A stretch of DNA of 61,447 bases, filler included, from Basidiobolus ranarum (Eukaryota), in assembly GCA_040143965.1 (NCBI GenBank). It is 12 parts of 12 records of this genome, joined end to end, with 100 filler letters (N's around TTAATTAATTAA, not from the genome) between each part and the next. Parts side by side here need not be neighbours in the genome. Positions count along the whole stretch, not along the records: positions 10,285 to 15,322 come from JASJQH010008609.1; positions 15,423 to 20,457 come from JASJQH010008610.1; positions 20,558 to 25,590 come from JASJQH010008611.1; 9 more parts are not named here. One strand, written 5' to 3'. The notes beneath the pieces were generated by a model that saw nothing but the letters and a program-made list of their open reading frames with translations, made no database searches and was not told where the DNA came from. Made by a program: the position numbers and the translations under genes. Below, in pieces: positions 11,601-23,252 of the stretch. The first letter of the stretch is position 1. Each line of letters starts with the position of its first letter.

Positions 11601-12246
11601 ATAATATCGGTAAATTCCTCACATATCGATAGATAAATGCAATCACCATAGCTAGTTTAATCGGTTGTCAGTTACGATTTCGATTCCCAATCCATTTTAC
11701 AATGAGCATAATAGGCTAAATGAGGTGATTTGAGTCAACACCCGATGACACGAGACGTGACCTATGATCGAGTATTTACTAGGCAGTACGACGATTTCAA
11801 GCGCAATCAGTTTTTTCTCCTCGCTTGAATAAGGATTTGACTAAATGATGGGCAAGCAACTTGTTGTATCTGTTGAATCACTTGATAGGCTTATTTGGGA
11901 CCTAGTATTTATGGTTTATTCATTCATAAATTCTCACTCTTTTCCAAATCGAGATGAAGGGACTCTACCATACTTACATCGCTGGACTCACTCTTCCTTT
12001 ATAAGAATCCTCCCCGCCCCTCGGCTCATTCATCAAGCAGAGCTAAAATTATATACTATTCATCACTACGCACCTACCAAATCTCTCATTACAAGTTGTA
12101 TCTGTATAGCCCTTTAACATTTGTACTTCTGACTTTAGCAACGGACTGCATCTACCTATTTGTCGAGATACTTACCCTTGTCTCTAATCCAAGCAAATTC
12201 AGAAACTTTACGACACCATAGTTTTCATTGCAACGTCGAGCAAAAT

Positions 12247-13638
12247 ATGTTAGATCAAACCATGAAATCGACTTATTCCACTGATTACCCCATTACCCTA
12301 GACCACGCGTTAAAAATCCTGGCCTGTGCTAGTTGTGGCGAGCCGTTTAACCATCCAGTAACGTTAGACTGTGGAAATACTGTGTGTTTAGGATGCCTCT
12401 CGGAGGTCACAGACAACACAAAGAGTGTCTGCGCCATCGCTTCTTGCAACTCCAAGCATAACTACATAAAAGACGTTCACGTAGACGTAACCTTGGCTGA
12501 ACTGACGAAAATATGTTTAAAGGAAATCGAAAGCACTGTTCCCACTATCGAAGAGTGCGACTATAACCCAAGCTTCCCTGAGTTAACAAACAATCGGACT
12601 GAAGAAAACTACAACGAATGCGCTGGGGAAAGAGTGCCGGGTAGCCCTAATGCTAGTCCCCCTAATCTTACGGAACTACTGACACTAGAATTTGAATGCC
12701 AAATTTGTTACCAGGTTTTTCATGACCCAGTAACTACCGTATGTGGGCATACCTTTTGTCTCGGATGTTTACAACGCACGTATGATCATCGAGATAGCTG
12801 TCCAATGTGTAGACACCAGCTGACCTACAACGAGGTTAGTCATCCTTCGATCAACTACGCACTTAACAAGCTAGTCGGCTTGTGTCTACCTGAAGTGGTA
12901 CTGGAACGAAAGATCCAACTAGATCGAGAGATCCATAAAGCAAATGATGAAGTTCCTTTGTTCGTATGCTCGTTAGTGTTCCCTGGGATGCCATGTCACC
13001 TTCATATCTTTGAACCCAAATATCGCTTAATGATCAGGAGATGTATGGACACCAGACTTCGTCAGTTCGGGATGTTACTTCCAGGCAAGAATGGGAATCC
13101 ATTTGTAAATTATGGAACGATGTTAAAGATCAACTCAATCGATTCCTTGCCAGATGGTAGATCGCTAGTACAAACCGTCGGAGTTTATAGATTCAAGGTA
13201 AAAGAATACTCCAATAGCGATGGCTATTTTACAGGCAGAGTGGAACGCATTGAAGATGATCCATCCATGGAAAACACAATCTCTGAGCCACCATCTGTTG
13301 AATCCGAGAATTCTAATACGACCTCGCCACTAGTTGCAGAAGAGTCCCTTATTACACCTGAAGAAATGATGTCAACAGTGAAAGAGTTCATGAATTCGCT
13401 AAGGAATGGATCTGCACCATGGTTGTTGCAGAAACTGGACAGTACTTATGGAAGTATGCCAAACGAACCGGAGGAATTCTCATTTTGGGCGGCCAGCGTG
13501 ATACCCATTGACGAATACGAGAAGTATAAATTACTCACTACGACCAGTACTAAACTTCGACTAAGAATGATAGTACACTGGACTGAGTTATTTAGAGAAC
13601 AATGGTGGTTCTCCCGCGGAGGATGTGCGACCATGTAA
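12247..13638 (+). CDS. crgA: RING-finger / LON N-terminal domain protein (CrgA/LONRF family) with C-terminal CaaX
   Basis: Two RINGs (CASC..PVTLDCGNTVCLGC; CQIC..PVTTVCGHTFCLGC..CPMCR), LON substrate-binding domain (PLFVCSLVFPGMPCHLHIFEPKYRLMIRRC), and terminal CATM. This is the architecture of Mucor CrgA. Confidence 0.85.
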   Translation: MLDQTMKSTYSTDYPITLDHALKILACASCGEPFNHPVTLDCGNTVCLGCLSEVTDNTKSVCAIASCNSKHNYIKDVHVDVTLAELTKICLKEIESTVPTIEECDYNPSFPELTNNRTEENYNECAGERVPGSPNASPPNLTELLTLEFECQICYQVFHDPVTTVCGHTFCLGCLQRTYDHRDSCPMCRHQLTYNEVSHPSINYALNKLVGLCLPEVVLERKIQLDREIHKANDEVPLFVCSLVFPGMPCHLHIFEPKYRLMIRRCMDTRLRQFGMLLPGKNGNPFVNYGTMLKINSIDSLPDGRSLVQTVGVYRFKVKEYSNSDGYFTGRVERIEDDPSMENTISEPPSVESENSNTTSPLVAEESLITPEEMMSTVKEFMNSLRNGSAPWLLQKLDSTYGSMPNEPEEFSFWAASVIPIDEYEKYKLLTTTSTKLRLRMIVHWTELFREQWWFSRGGCATM

Positions 13639-14488
13639 ATCACCTACCACAGCAACATACTCGTTCCCATGATCTTGATTAATTTTTGGTTGTCTCCAAG
13701 CGATACAGGCCATATTTACTACGATCAATGACCTTCTTGACGACCGATAGTTTATTCATTCAGTCTCAAATATATATAATGTACATGTGTATATTTCACC
13801 ATGCTATAACACATTTCGTACCTCCTTTTAGCATGTATGAAACGTAAACCCATCAACATATTCGTTTCGGTTTTCTGCACCACCATTTTCATCTACTGTT
13901 AACACCCAACGCATTCAACCGCTATTATAAAATTTACAAAAGTATACTAAATATAAAGAGAAATCTACCACCATGTATTAAAAGTAACTTCTTATGCCAT
14001 ATACACTTCACCAGAGTGGTATTGAACTTCGTGCCATAAAGTCAAAGTGCACTCAAGTTACATTTTATATTGGGATATGAGAGAAGTATTTCAAAACTCT
14101 GCCCGTAGTGACGATGAATTACCGGATTGATAGTTTCTGATTAGACGTATCTAATACTTGACGTTCCATCTGATTCTGATTCTGAATCGAATAGCATAAG
14201 GGATTGATCCACAAATGATCTCCCAAATCCAATACTCTAGTTTAGGAATAAACTAGTTGTAAATTTACCAACACCAACCCCTGTTATCGCGTGAATTCAC
14301 TGCAATTATGGAAGGCGTATATTAGACGTCATTCTAAGGATCAGTGATATAAACATGGTAGAGATCAAATTGATTCAGCATCTGGTTTCAATTTGAAGTC
14401 ATGCACTTTATGGAACTTTTCTAACATGTGCTCTAACTGGTGTAATTAAATGTGATATTATTCAAGACAATACATAGCGTTTCTAAAC

Positions 14489-15322
14489 CTAAAATTCATC
14501 CAAATGTAACATTTCTAACGATTTGATAACCATCTCCATCTCCTCTCTAACCATTGCTCGGCTTTTATCACAGTGATATGGCTCCCACTCTAAGTCAGAT
14601 GTAGGTTCAGGAGAATATATCGGCGAATCCTGGGTCGGAACAACCTGTGAACTCGAATCAGACACATGTCCATACATAGAAGGCGCTATAATTGATTGGA
14701 GTTGTGGTTTACTTGACAAAATCTTATATAAAGTTGCTTCTGCTTCAAGTGGCCTTTGTTCTTTAGGGCTAAGCATCTTATGTAACCCCAAAATGATGTC
14801 TAGATGCTTCGAGAACTCATGTGATTTTTGTTGGATTTCTTGTGTGAGTCGCTGGTTCTCATACTGTGCTTGTGAAAATGCCGAACGAAGATCTTGCATC
14901 TCCTGAATAATCAGATAGTTCAAACCAGTCTCTTCAGTCGACACATGGAATTGAGAATATTCCTGAAACCTTTCCAGCTCCGAATATTGTGAAAATGTAT
15001 CGATCGAAGGTTTGTGGAAAGCGTTTGACGAGACACTCGACTTCATTGTATTAATACTTCGAGAAGTTATATCTAGTGTACTCTCATCGTTGGCATTGTC
15101 ATGATGTGATTCCTGCAAGTGGCTCATGTTTCTGCAACAACTTGCACAATGTGTTTGTGTTGGACTGACAACTATACTTTCAGTGTCAAGTGAAAGAAAT
15201 TGCTCTTCAGTATTGATCCTGGTCAGTTTAAACTTCTGGAGCTCTTCTTCTTTTCTTTGCAACTCTTCAATTAAGCTATTTCTTTGATCTGTCACTTCCT
15301 CTAATTCAAGTTGAAACATTAT
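14489..15322 (-). CDS. Uncharacterised coiled-coil protein, 5'-partial
   Basis: 276-aa open frame rich in E/Q/S with heptad-like segments, running to the contig edge. The 3' end is uncertain. Confidence 0.6.
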   Translation of the reverse strand: MMFQLELEEVTDQRNSLIEELQRKEEELQKFKLTRINTEEQFLSLDTESIVVSPTQTHCASCCRNMSHLQESHHDNANDESTLDITSRSINTMKSSVSSNAFHKPSIDTFSQYSELERFQEYSQFHVSTEETGLNYLIIQEMQDLRSAFSQAQYENQRLTQEIQQKSHEFSKHLDIILGLHKMLSPKEQRPLEAEATLYKILSSKPQLQSIIAPSMYGHVSDSSSQVVPTQDSPIYSPEPTSDLEWEPYHCDKSRAMVREEMEMVIKSLEMLHLDEF

Positions 15323-17415
15323 NNNNNNNNNNNNNNNNNNNNNNNNNNNNNNNNNNNNNNNNNNNNTTAATTAATTAANNNNNNNNNNNNNNNNNNNNNN
15401 NNNNNNNNNNNNNNNNNNNNNNATAAAATGCTGTCTTATGCCAATATGTATCATCCTTGATTGATGCTCAGGATTTTTCACAATCTGAATACAACTAAAA
15501 GTATCTTGATATATCAGCATAGGTTTAACTTGACTATTTTCTTATTCCTTAAGAAGACTCCTTAGCCATATAGCTTCTTGAACAGCTATGAAGCTTGCCA
15601 TATAATCTTCTTCAATAGCTGATATTGTGACAGTGTGCTAGCTCTTACTAATACAGCTTTATTGTCCATCAGCTAGCTTAAGCACATATCCAGTTCTGTA
15701 CTTATAGTTTTCTGTATTGTTATACCAGTCTGCATCAAAACATCCCTCCAAAATGAGTGACATCTTTTACTTGTTCCAATATTGAAATTTTGAAGTATCT
15801 ACATTCCAAGACACTGTACTAGTGATACAAGATCTTGTATTTTAAACTTGGCAGATTGCCAGGTCTTAGTTTGCATCATCAGAATTGATCGATTACAGAC
15901 TATTATGATATCATTAACATTGAGAGCAATTATGACTTTGGTGGCTTAGATGGCCTTAAATATATGTAGTAATTAGCTTTGCCACAATGGAAAAGATGTT
16001 TCAAGAAGATCTGATTGATTGTTGTATTTCATATGCAACAAGCCTGTTTCAGATCATACAGACTTCTCTGTAGCTTACTACTTGATGTTGTTATCCATTT
16101 CCAATATATCCCTCTGGTTGATCCATGTATTTATCTTCATCAATCTCTCCATTTACAAATGCTATCTAGCATCCATTTGTCAATTCAGCAATCCTTGGTG
16201 AGTGGAAATACCTAATATTACAGTGATTGAGGTAAACTTAGCAATGGGAGAAAATGTTTCATCATCAACAATGCCATGTTGCAGAGCATAGTCTTGTACT
16301 GCTAGTTTTGCTTTGTACAGGTTGATAGATCCATTTAAGTTAACTTTCAGTTGCAGTACCTATCTGCTATCAATAGTTTTTCTTCCAGTAGAGAAGTCCC
16401 CAAGGATCCATTTGTTATTCCTGATTAGAGAGTGGATTTCATTTTTAGTAGCTTTTCTCTACACCATTGCTTTGGCACATTTCAGAGCTTGTGTAAAGCT
16501 TTCTGGTTTGGAAATGGTTATATGTGCAGATATATTGCACACTTTTTCTGAATTGAATCTGTTGGTTTCATGCTCTTGTTTGAGATATCCAATGTCCTTG
16601 GTAGAAAGGTCAGATATTGCACTTACAGGTTGTTTCTGATTTCCATTTGGTAGGATATTGGAGGCCTGATTACCTAAATTTTGTAACTGATTGCATATTT
16701 GTTATGATTAATTGGATAATTCCAATAATTGATTAAACTCAAAATTGGCCATATTAAGAGTAAAGAATTTCTTAGGCACATGATTGGCCAGAATACTATC
16801 ACCTTGTTTTAAAGCATCATTTCCTGATTCCTGAGTGGCTGGAAAAATATCCTTTTCTTGATTTCCTTATTTTTCATTTTCAATAATAACAAGTTGATTT
16901 TCAGAAGCTGATACCAAGTTATCAATATCTTCTCAGCAATTATCAGGTTTCCTTGTGTAAATTAATGTATTTCCAGTATTGCTTGATGTTTCACTACTAG
17001 TATAGTAACTTGATTCTGAAATATCATACAATAGTGCATTCTTTTGGTTTCAGTACTGAAAGTGAACTTCAAATTAGGATTGTTTCTTGTTAGTTTCCTG
17101 ATATAATTATTCACCACAGGGATAGGTAATGATTTGAGCTTTATCATATATTTGTTGGTGGCCAATGTTTTAGACCTTGTCCCTGATATGACATTTTCAA
17201 AATTTGGAGAATGTTGATAGATAATTTCAGATTCCAAATTTGGCCTAATTCCAGTGTCTGTTTCTAAAATATCATTTTCAAGTTGGTTTCAGTTCTCATT
17301 AGCTTAGGATTGGTTTTAGAAATCATTGATTTTCAGCCAAAAAAAAAATTCATTGATTAAAGGATTTGAGATATAGCTCAATTTATATAGTGGTATCTCT
17401 GGAGTTGATGATATT

Positions 17416-17597
17416 GGACTTGTTCCATTGTGCCTGGATTTATCAAACCTTGGATCAATATATTAGAGTAAATGTGATTGAAATTATTCATGTCAGAGGG
17501 TGATGGATAGTTCCAAATTGTGCCACATAAATTTTAGAATACTTAATTCAATATGATATATACAGCACAATCTGGCACTATAACAGAGAACAAGTCC
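17416..17597. mobile_element. MITE (PIF/Harbinger, Tourist-like), 182 bp
   Basis: Terminal inverted repeat GGACTTGTTC...GAACAAGTCC, flanked by 3-bp ATT direct repeats (17413-17415, 17598-17600). Related copy at 17949. Confidence 0.75.
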
Positions 17598-17948
17598 ATT
17601 AATAGTGCCAGAATTTAGGAGTTGACAGCCTTGGTTCTAATATGCTAAGATATTTTTAATTGTCTTTTTGTCTGATTCTTATGCTTTGCTTAGGAATACA
17701 AACATATAGAGTTGATCTAAATATATTGGGATGATTCAAATTAGGTTTGTTCCAGTCCAAATTTCTTAAGGAGTTTAAGGGTTATGATTGCTATATGTTG
17801 GACTTCTCTGTTTGGAGATATGTAGTTGTTAAAGTAGCTTGACTACCATAGGTCTTCTGCGGATTTGAATAAAACAGCATTGTACATGCTTTCACCACTC
17901 TGGCACTATTCATCCTTTCTACAACTTCATTGTGTTCTGCACTATTTA

Positions 17949-18128
17949 GGACTTGTTCCATAGTGTCAACTTGTATTGGGCCTTGGATCATTAAATTAGA
18001 TTAAATGCATTGAAATTCATCATGCTAGAGGGTGCTGGATAGTACCAAGTTGTGCCACATCAATTTTAGATTAATTTATCCAATATTGTATATATAGCAC
18101 AATGTGCACTATCACAGGGAACAATTCT
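17949..18128. mobile_element. Second copy of the same MITE, interrupting the copia integrase
   Basis: Starts GGACTTGTTCCA and ends GAACAATTCT. Internally collinear with 17416-17597. Splits the integrase core between SDNGTEF and EHNEVVERMN. Confidence 0.7.
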
Positions 18129-18947
18129 ACCAAGTAGTAAATAGTTGTGACTTCCCATTTCCTGCCAAAAGCTGGTCATGATGTCATTACTAAATTCAGT
18201 GCCATTATCACTGTGTAGGTATTTGCTTTTTATTCCTGTTTTAGTCTTGACCATTGCTTCATTTAGCTTAAAATAATGAAACAGCTTTCCCAAGCTTGAC
18301 AGAAGACATGAAACTCTGTAGTGAGAATTATCATCAATTCAGATATGTAAATATCATTTCTAACTAGGTGCCAGAGGTTGCATGAGGCCACATAAGTCAG
18401 TATATATCACATCCAAAAAATATTTGGCTCTGCTAGCTCCTTCATTTGAAAATGGTTTTTGGTTGATTATCCTCAAATACTGCTCTCACACTTGGTAAAA
18501 TCTGAGGGCTTAAGATCCATTGCAATACATAACCTATTTTTGTTTAATAGTTTCATACTGCTATAGCTTAGATGACCAAAGCATTGATGCCAAGTCATCA
18601 AGCTTCCAGAAGTGAAGGCTTCAAAGTTAGAAATAGTTTCAGTATTGGTATAATATCCAGGTGATATAGATTCCCAATTCTTGTTCCAATTACCACCATC
18701 AAGTCCTTTCATTTGAATATGGATACTTTTCCTTGGCTGAATTGGACATCATAATGTTTCTTTTTAACTGCTCTAATTGAACATACGTTTGTTTAATATG
18801 ATAGAATATATTAGATATCTTCCAGTTTACCATTACACTTTTGGCTTTACGTATTTGTAAGTCAGGTGTCATGTTTCCCATTCCATATGGAACCAGTTTG
18901 TTTCTTACAGCTACAAAGATATCAAGAGATTCAACTTCTTTATAGTC

Positions 18948-19325
18948 TATTGGGAAAATATGGGCTGTTTGGAGGAACTTTAGAAAAGGGGAGTTGTGAA
19001 TAGCTCTGTGAGATAATTGTTTATTGTCCAGAAATAAAGCATTTATATATTTTGATAGAAATACAAAAAACTAACACTGGGGTTGTGTTCAGAACATCTG
19101 TGGGAATAAAATGAGCTATCTTTGGGGCAATTTGGACAAGTTTGAAATTTCCAATATGGAATTGCTAATTCTCACATTATTCACATATATATATAATATA
19201 TGTTCCAATTTTCAACTAAGTGATATTTGACTAAGTAATGTTAACTAACTTATATGTGATATATGAAATAGTTAGGTGTATAAAGATAGAGATAATAAAT
19301 ATGATAAAGAATATAAATTTCAACA
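18948..19325 (-). repeat. LTR family B (378 bp)
   Basis: TATTGGG...TTCAACA (decayed TG..CA). Near-identical to 52297-52673. Orientation is tentative. Confidence 0.85.
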
Positions 19326-20154
19326 AATTCTTCAACTTAAAGATGAAACCAGGAGAAGATATTAAACCACTAATTTTAGAGTCAATGTTTTGGTGGATGA
19401 AATGGAATGCATTGGAGTGCCTACTACTGATCAAGATATCATAGTTACAGTCCTGAATAGCATGTCTCATGAGTTTTAGAGCCTAGTAACATCTCTAGAA
19501 TCAAGAACTGAATATTTGACCTTTAATTATGTTTTTGGCAGACTTCAGGATGAAGAATTACACAAGTTAGGAACCAGCCAAAAGAATGAGGAAAATGCTT
19601 TAATAGGCTATGGGTAACCTTCCTATAAAGGTCAATAGCACTTTAAGAGGAAAAGTAACACAGTCTGTGATTACTGTAAAAGAACTGGCCATTCAAGCAA
19701 AGATTACTTTAAAAGAATTGCAAAATAAGAAAAACATACTGAGTGTGGAAATGTGGTTATAACAGAAGATCACTTGTTCATATCTGCTCCATTTATAGCT
19801 ACCAACAAGGATTCTCAGACATGGTATATTGATTCTGGAGCCTCCCAACATTTTACAAATGAAATCATTGGTTTGTGGATTATCAAGAAATCCCAATTAG
19901 AAAGGTTTCCATGGGAGATGACGGCACTTTGGATGCTATTGGAATGGGAACAGTTCCAGTTAACTTAACTGGAACTTCTGAAGAGAAAGTATACACTTTT
20001 AAGGATGTACTACATGCTCCAGATATTGCCAAGAATTTAATATCTGTATGAAGGGTCATCTCTGAGGGGCTAAAATTCAATTTTGATAATTCAGGATGCA
20101 CCATCACTGAGCAAAATGGGAAATATTTAGCTTTGTGAGAAATGGATCAAAAAT
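19326..20154 (+). mobile_element. Degenerate Ty1/copia gag-protease fragment
   Basis: FFNLKMKPGED..DQDIIVTVLNSMS..LVTSLESR (gag), CDYCKRTGH zinc knuckle, WYIDSGASQH aspartic protease, DVLHAPDIAKNLISV. Confidence 0.9.
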
Positions 20155-20348
20155 TGTTGGAGGATCTGCACATAATGGGGGTAGACTTTGAGTATTAGAA
20201 GTAACTTATGATAATGTGTTTTAGTTACTTTATTCTTAAGAGTATATGGTGACCTATATAGTAGAAAAGTAAATCAATTGTTTGAGATTTTCAGGAGTTT
20301 GTGTAATAAGATATAATAAATAAGTGGGGGCAATAAGACATACTTGTT
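20155..20348 (-). repeat. LTR family C, partial
   Basis: Reverse complement matches the 3' part of 51317-51590 and 53877-54193, ending CCAACA. Confidence 0.8.
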
Positions 20349-20570
20349 CCCTAACAAAAATAAAATCGATTTGATCCGGATCGGATCCACCCTCCAAAAT
20401 AGCAAAACCGTCAGAGAACCGTCACAATATCGTTGGCTTGCATTCTGCCAGGGATTTNNNNNNNNNNNNNNNNNNNNNNNNNNNNNNNNNNNNNNNNNNN
20501 NTTAATTAATTAANNNNNNNNNNNNNNNNNNNNNNNNNNNNNNNNNNNNNNNNNNNNTGATTGACACCTG

Positions 20571-20807
20571 CTTGCGAGCAGCATATTATTTACACTATAA
20601 TTATACATTCAACAAGAGCCAAAATTTTAACATATTGAACTTCTGCTATTTTGGTAAACTCTTACACAACATTTGTTGATTGTGAGAGACTTACTTGGTG
20701 CCAGTCAGCAAAGTCTAAATGGGACATGTAATGACCATGGCTAAATGTTAAAATTTTGGCTCTTGTATAATGAATAATTATAGTGTAAAAAATATGCTGC
20801 GCTCAAG
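20571..20807. repeat. Foldback element / MITE with ~60-bp inverted arms
   Basis: 20578-20633 (GCAGCATATT..TACACTATAATTAT..ACAAGAGCCAAAATTTTAACAT) is the near-exact reverse complement of 20745-20800. Confidence 0.75.
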
Positions 20808-22499
20808 ACTGATTCACTCACTGCACTGAGTATAAGTGTGTATAGTATTGCCAAGATGATGGAATCACCTTCATAACATGAAGAACTAGCATTTTGGCTC
20901 TGCTTAGGCAGTGTGACAAATATCACGTTAAAACATGGAGTAAATGACAAGATATTGTCATTTGAAAAAATGCATACAAAAAAATGAATCAGTTTTGAGT
21001 GATAGTGTACGTGAATTATCTATGAATAGGTGTTTTACTTTGTGGTCTTGTTTTAGGCTTAGGGTTAACTAAGGAGATATTCATATTTTTGAGGTAGGAG
21101 GTGAACTGAGTGCTATGGTGATCATATAAAAGCTTTGCATAAGCATGAATGTAGTTTGCATATTAGCAGTTTGCACTTAACCATTAGGTTTCCAGGCAGG
21201 TTATATACTTTCTAGGAGTTAAAATTCAGCCATCTGTTTAATAATATACTTTAAAAGTACGATAAGTGTAGACTAAGTCATTTGTAGTCTGCCTCGATAA
21301 AATAGTTTTAGGAACAGATTCATCTGAACCTATATCCATATACGTTCTTGCTAACCCCCAAATGAATGCTTTTATTGCTCGCGAAGGACATTAGAACCCA
21401 AGTCATAAGGAGTTAGAGATCTTAGAGTTAGCAACTTTTCTTAGAGTATTGTATGAAGCACCTAGATATTGTTAGAGTTAGTGGTTATATACCGAACTTT
21501 TCCCAAGCCGAAAATCCTAAATCAACAGTGTTGCCTCATAACTTCAGAACACTTAACCTGACCGAGGAGTAGAGAATTCTAACGATTTGGAATAACTCTA
21601 TTGAAATGGTAATCAGAATGATTGTTTAAGTTAAATCGATCTTCATTAACCAACCAACTTAATCTATCTCCATAACCAATCAGCGTAATCTATCTCGATT
21701 AACCACCCGACATATGAATCTGTAGTCTCCATAAAAGTGATATTTCATGGTGATAAAAAATAGCAGGGCAGCTGTTCTCCCGAGTCACTAACAGTAGGAA
21801 CATTGTGTAAGCTTATATGATTATATTCCCAATTTGGAGTTAAGATATAACCTTCCTAATCCGCTTGATGTGCATGAAAAGTCGATTGCCCAATATGAGG
21901 AGATGCCTCAGAACAAGCTAATCCCAACCCTGCGATCTGGGCTAAGGGCCATAAATGGTAGTTTATTCAATCTGCCTGCTTGGGATTTCAAGTGTGCCTA
22001 CGCTCATGTGTTGTTTTAATCACGTAGCAAGTGAGAGCTGAGCTATTTGTTAGTTCAAAGGAAGTCAATGGTTAAGCCTATCAAGAGTCACCTTGATAAA
22101 TAATTCGCTGAATGCCTAGATGGTAGTAAAACCTAGGCTTCAATCCCTATTGCAATATTTTTTAATCATTACTATTGTCATAGGTTGCGGGGACGCATAA
22201 GAAGTGTGTATTAGTGCTATGGATGAGTTTTAGGTAGCATACTAGAGATGGGAATTACAGTTATTCTATTCACAGCTGTCGCTCTCTAAGCTGTCTGTAC
22301 TGGCACCGTTGGTAATTGTACCTCCGGCTCTGATAAACCATATCCACATAATCGATTCTATTGCATTTCTATAACCACGTGACAATGTTACACATTGCTG
22401 AGAGAACGAGTTATTATCATCTTCTTTCTGAGGATGAGTTAAATAGAGGATGTATTGGAGGTGCTTTTATAGACGATTGTCTTGATGAATATTCCACTA

Positions 22500-23252
22500 C
22501 TAATCTAAATTGAAATCCTTCGTAACTTGTGCACCGAGGTTAACATTAACCTTACGGAGTATTTCCAACTGGCGCTTTGACTGGATAGGCACTACCCAAA
22601 GGACCAACTAAATTGCCCATCCGGGTCTCAGCATCCTCTGATTGTACTTGATATAGATTAGCTACTGGGACGTAGTCGTCATCCTCTATGGGTACTACAT
22701 ATCTATCTACAGCGCCGTGGACCTATTCCATACTTTTGGTTTGAGGGTACGATTGACCATGGATATGAAGTTGCTGAAAGGTTCCCTCAAACATGCTGTT
22801 AGGCTCAGAATTTGGTGCCCCACCGAAGTTGCCATTGACAATCATGAATCCATCTCACTAATGGTGGAAAACTGGGCACTGTGGTTGATTAATGAGAATT
22901 TGAGTGAAATTGGGACCTAGACGGCAGCGATGGGTGCCAGAATAGGCAAAAATTCGTCCTTGAAACATCTTATCAACAGAAGGTTCAATACCGGAAACCA
23001 TACTGGAGGGGAGAACGCTACTTGATCAGTCTCGGCAAAGTAATCTTCGGGATTTCTATTCAATACCATTTTTCCAATCTCTTGAAGGGGGAAGTCTTTA
23101 TGAGACCACACCTTGGTAATATCGAAAGGATCAAAGTAATGAAAATCTTGAAGTACTACTGGGCCCTTACGGCCTGCCGTCATGCTTTTCTGGTTGTCTT
23201 CTACGGGGTTACCGTTAGACGTGGTCATCGTTAGCGGTGGGTTGTAGGCCAT
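22500..23252 (-). pseudogene. Monofunctional catalase pseudogene with a large internal deletion and frameshifts
   Basis: [29 protein letters not shown] is joined directly to [41 protein letters not shown], then after a frameshift [26 protein letters not shown]. The 3' boundary is approximate. Confidence 0.9.

Larger units (their letters stand above)
15423..18947 (-). mobile_element. Degenerate Ty1/copia pol (GAG-pre-integrase, integrase, RT, RNase H)
   Basis: Minus-strand motifs in copia order: WHQCFGHLS; KYLHSDNGTEF..EHNEVVERMN; YKAKLAVQDY..ETFSPIAKF; SAIEEDYMA..QEAIWLRSLLK; HIGIRQHF. Many stops and frameshifts. Confidence 0.92.
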
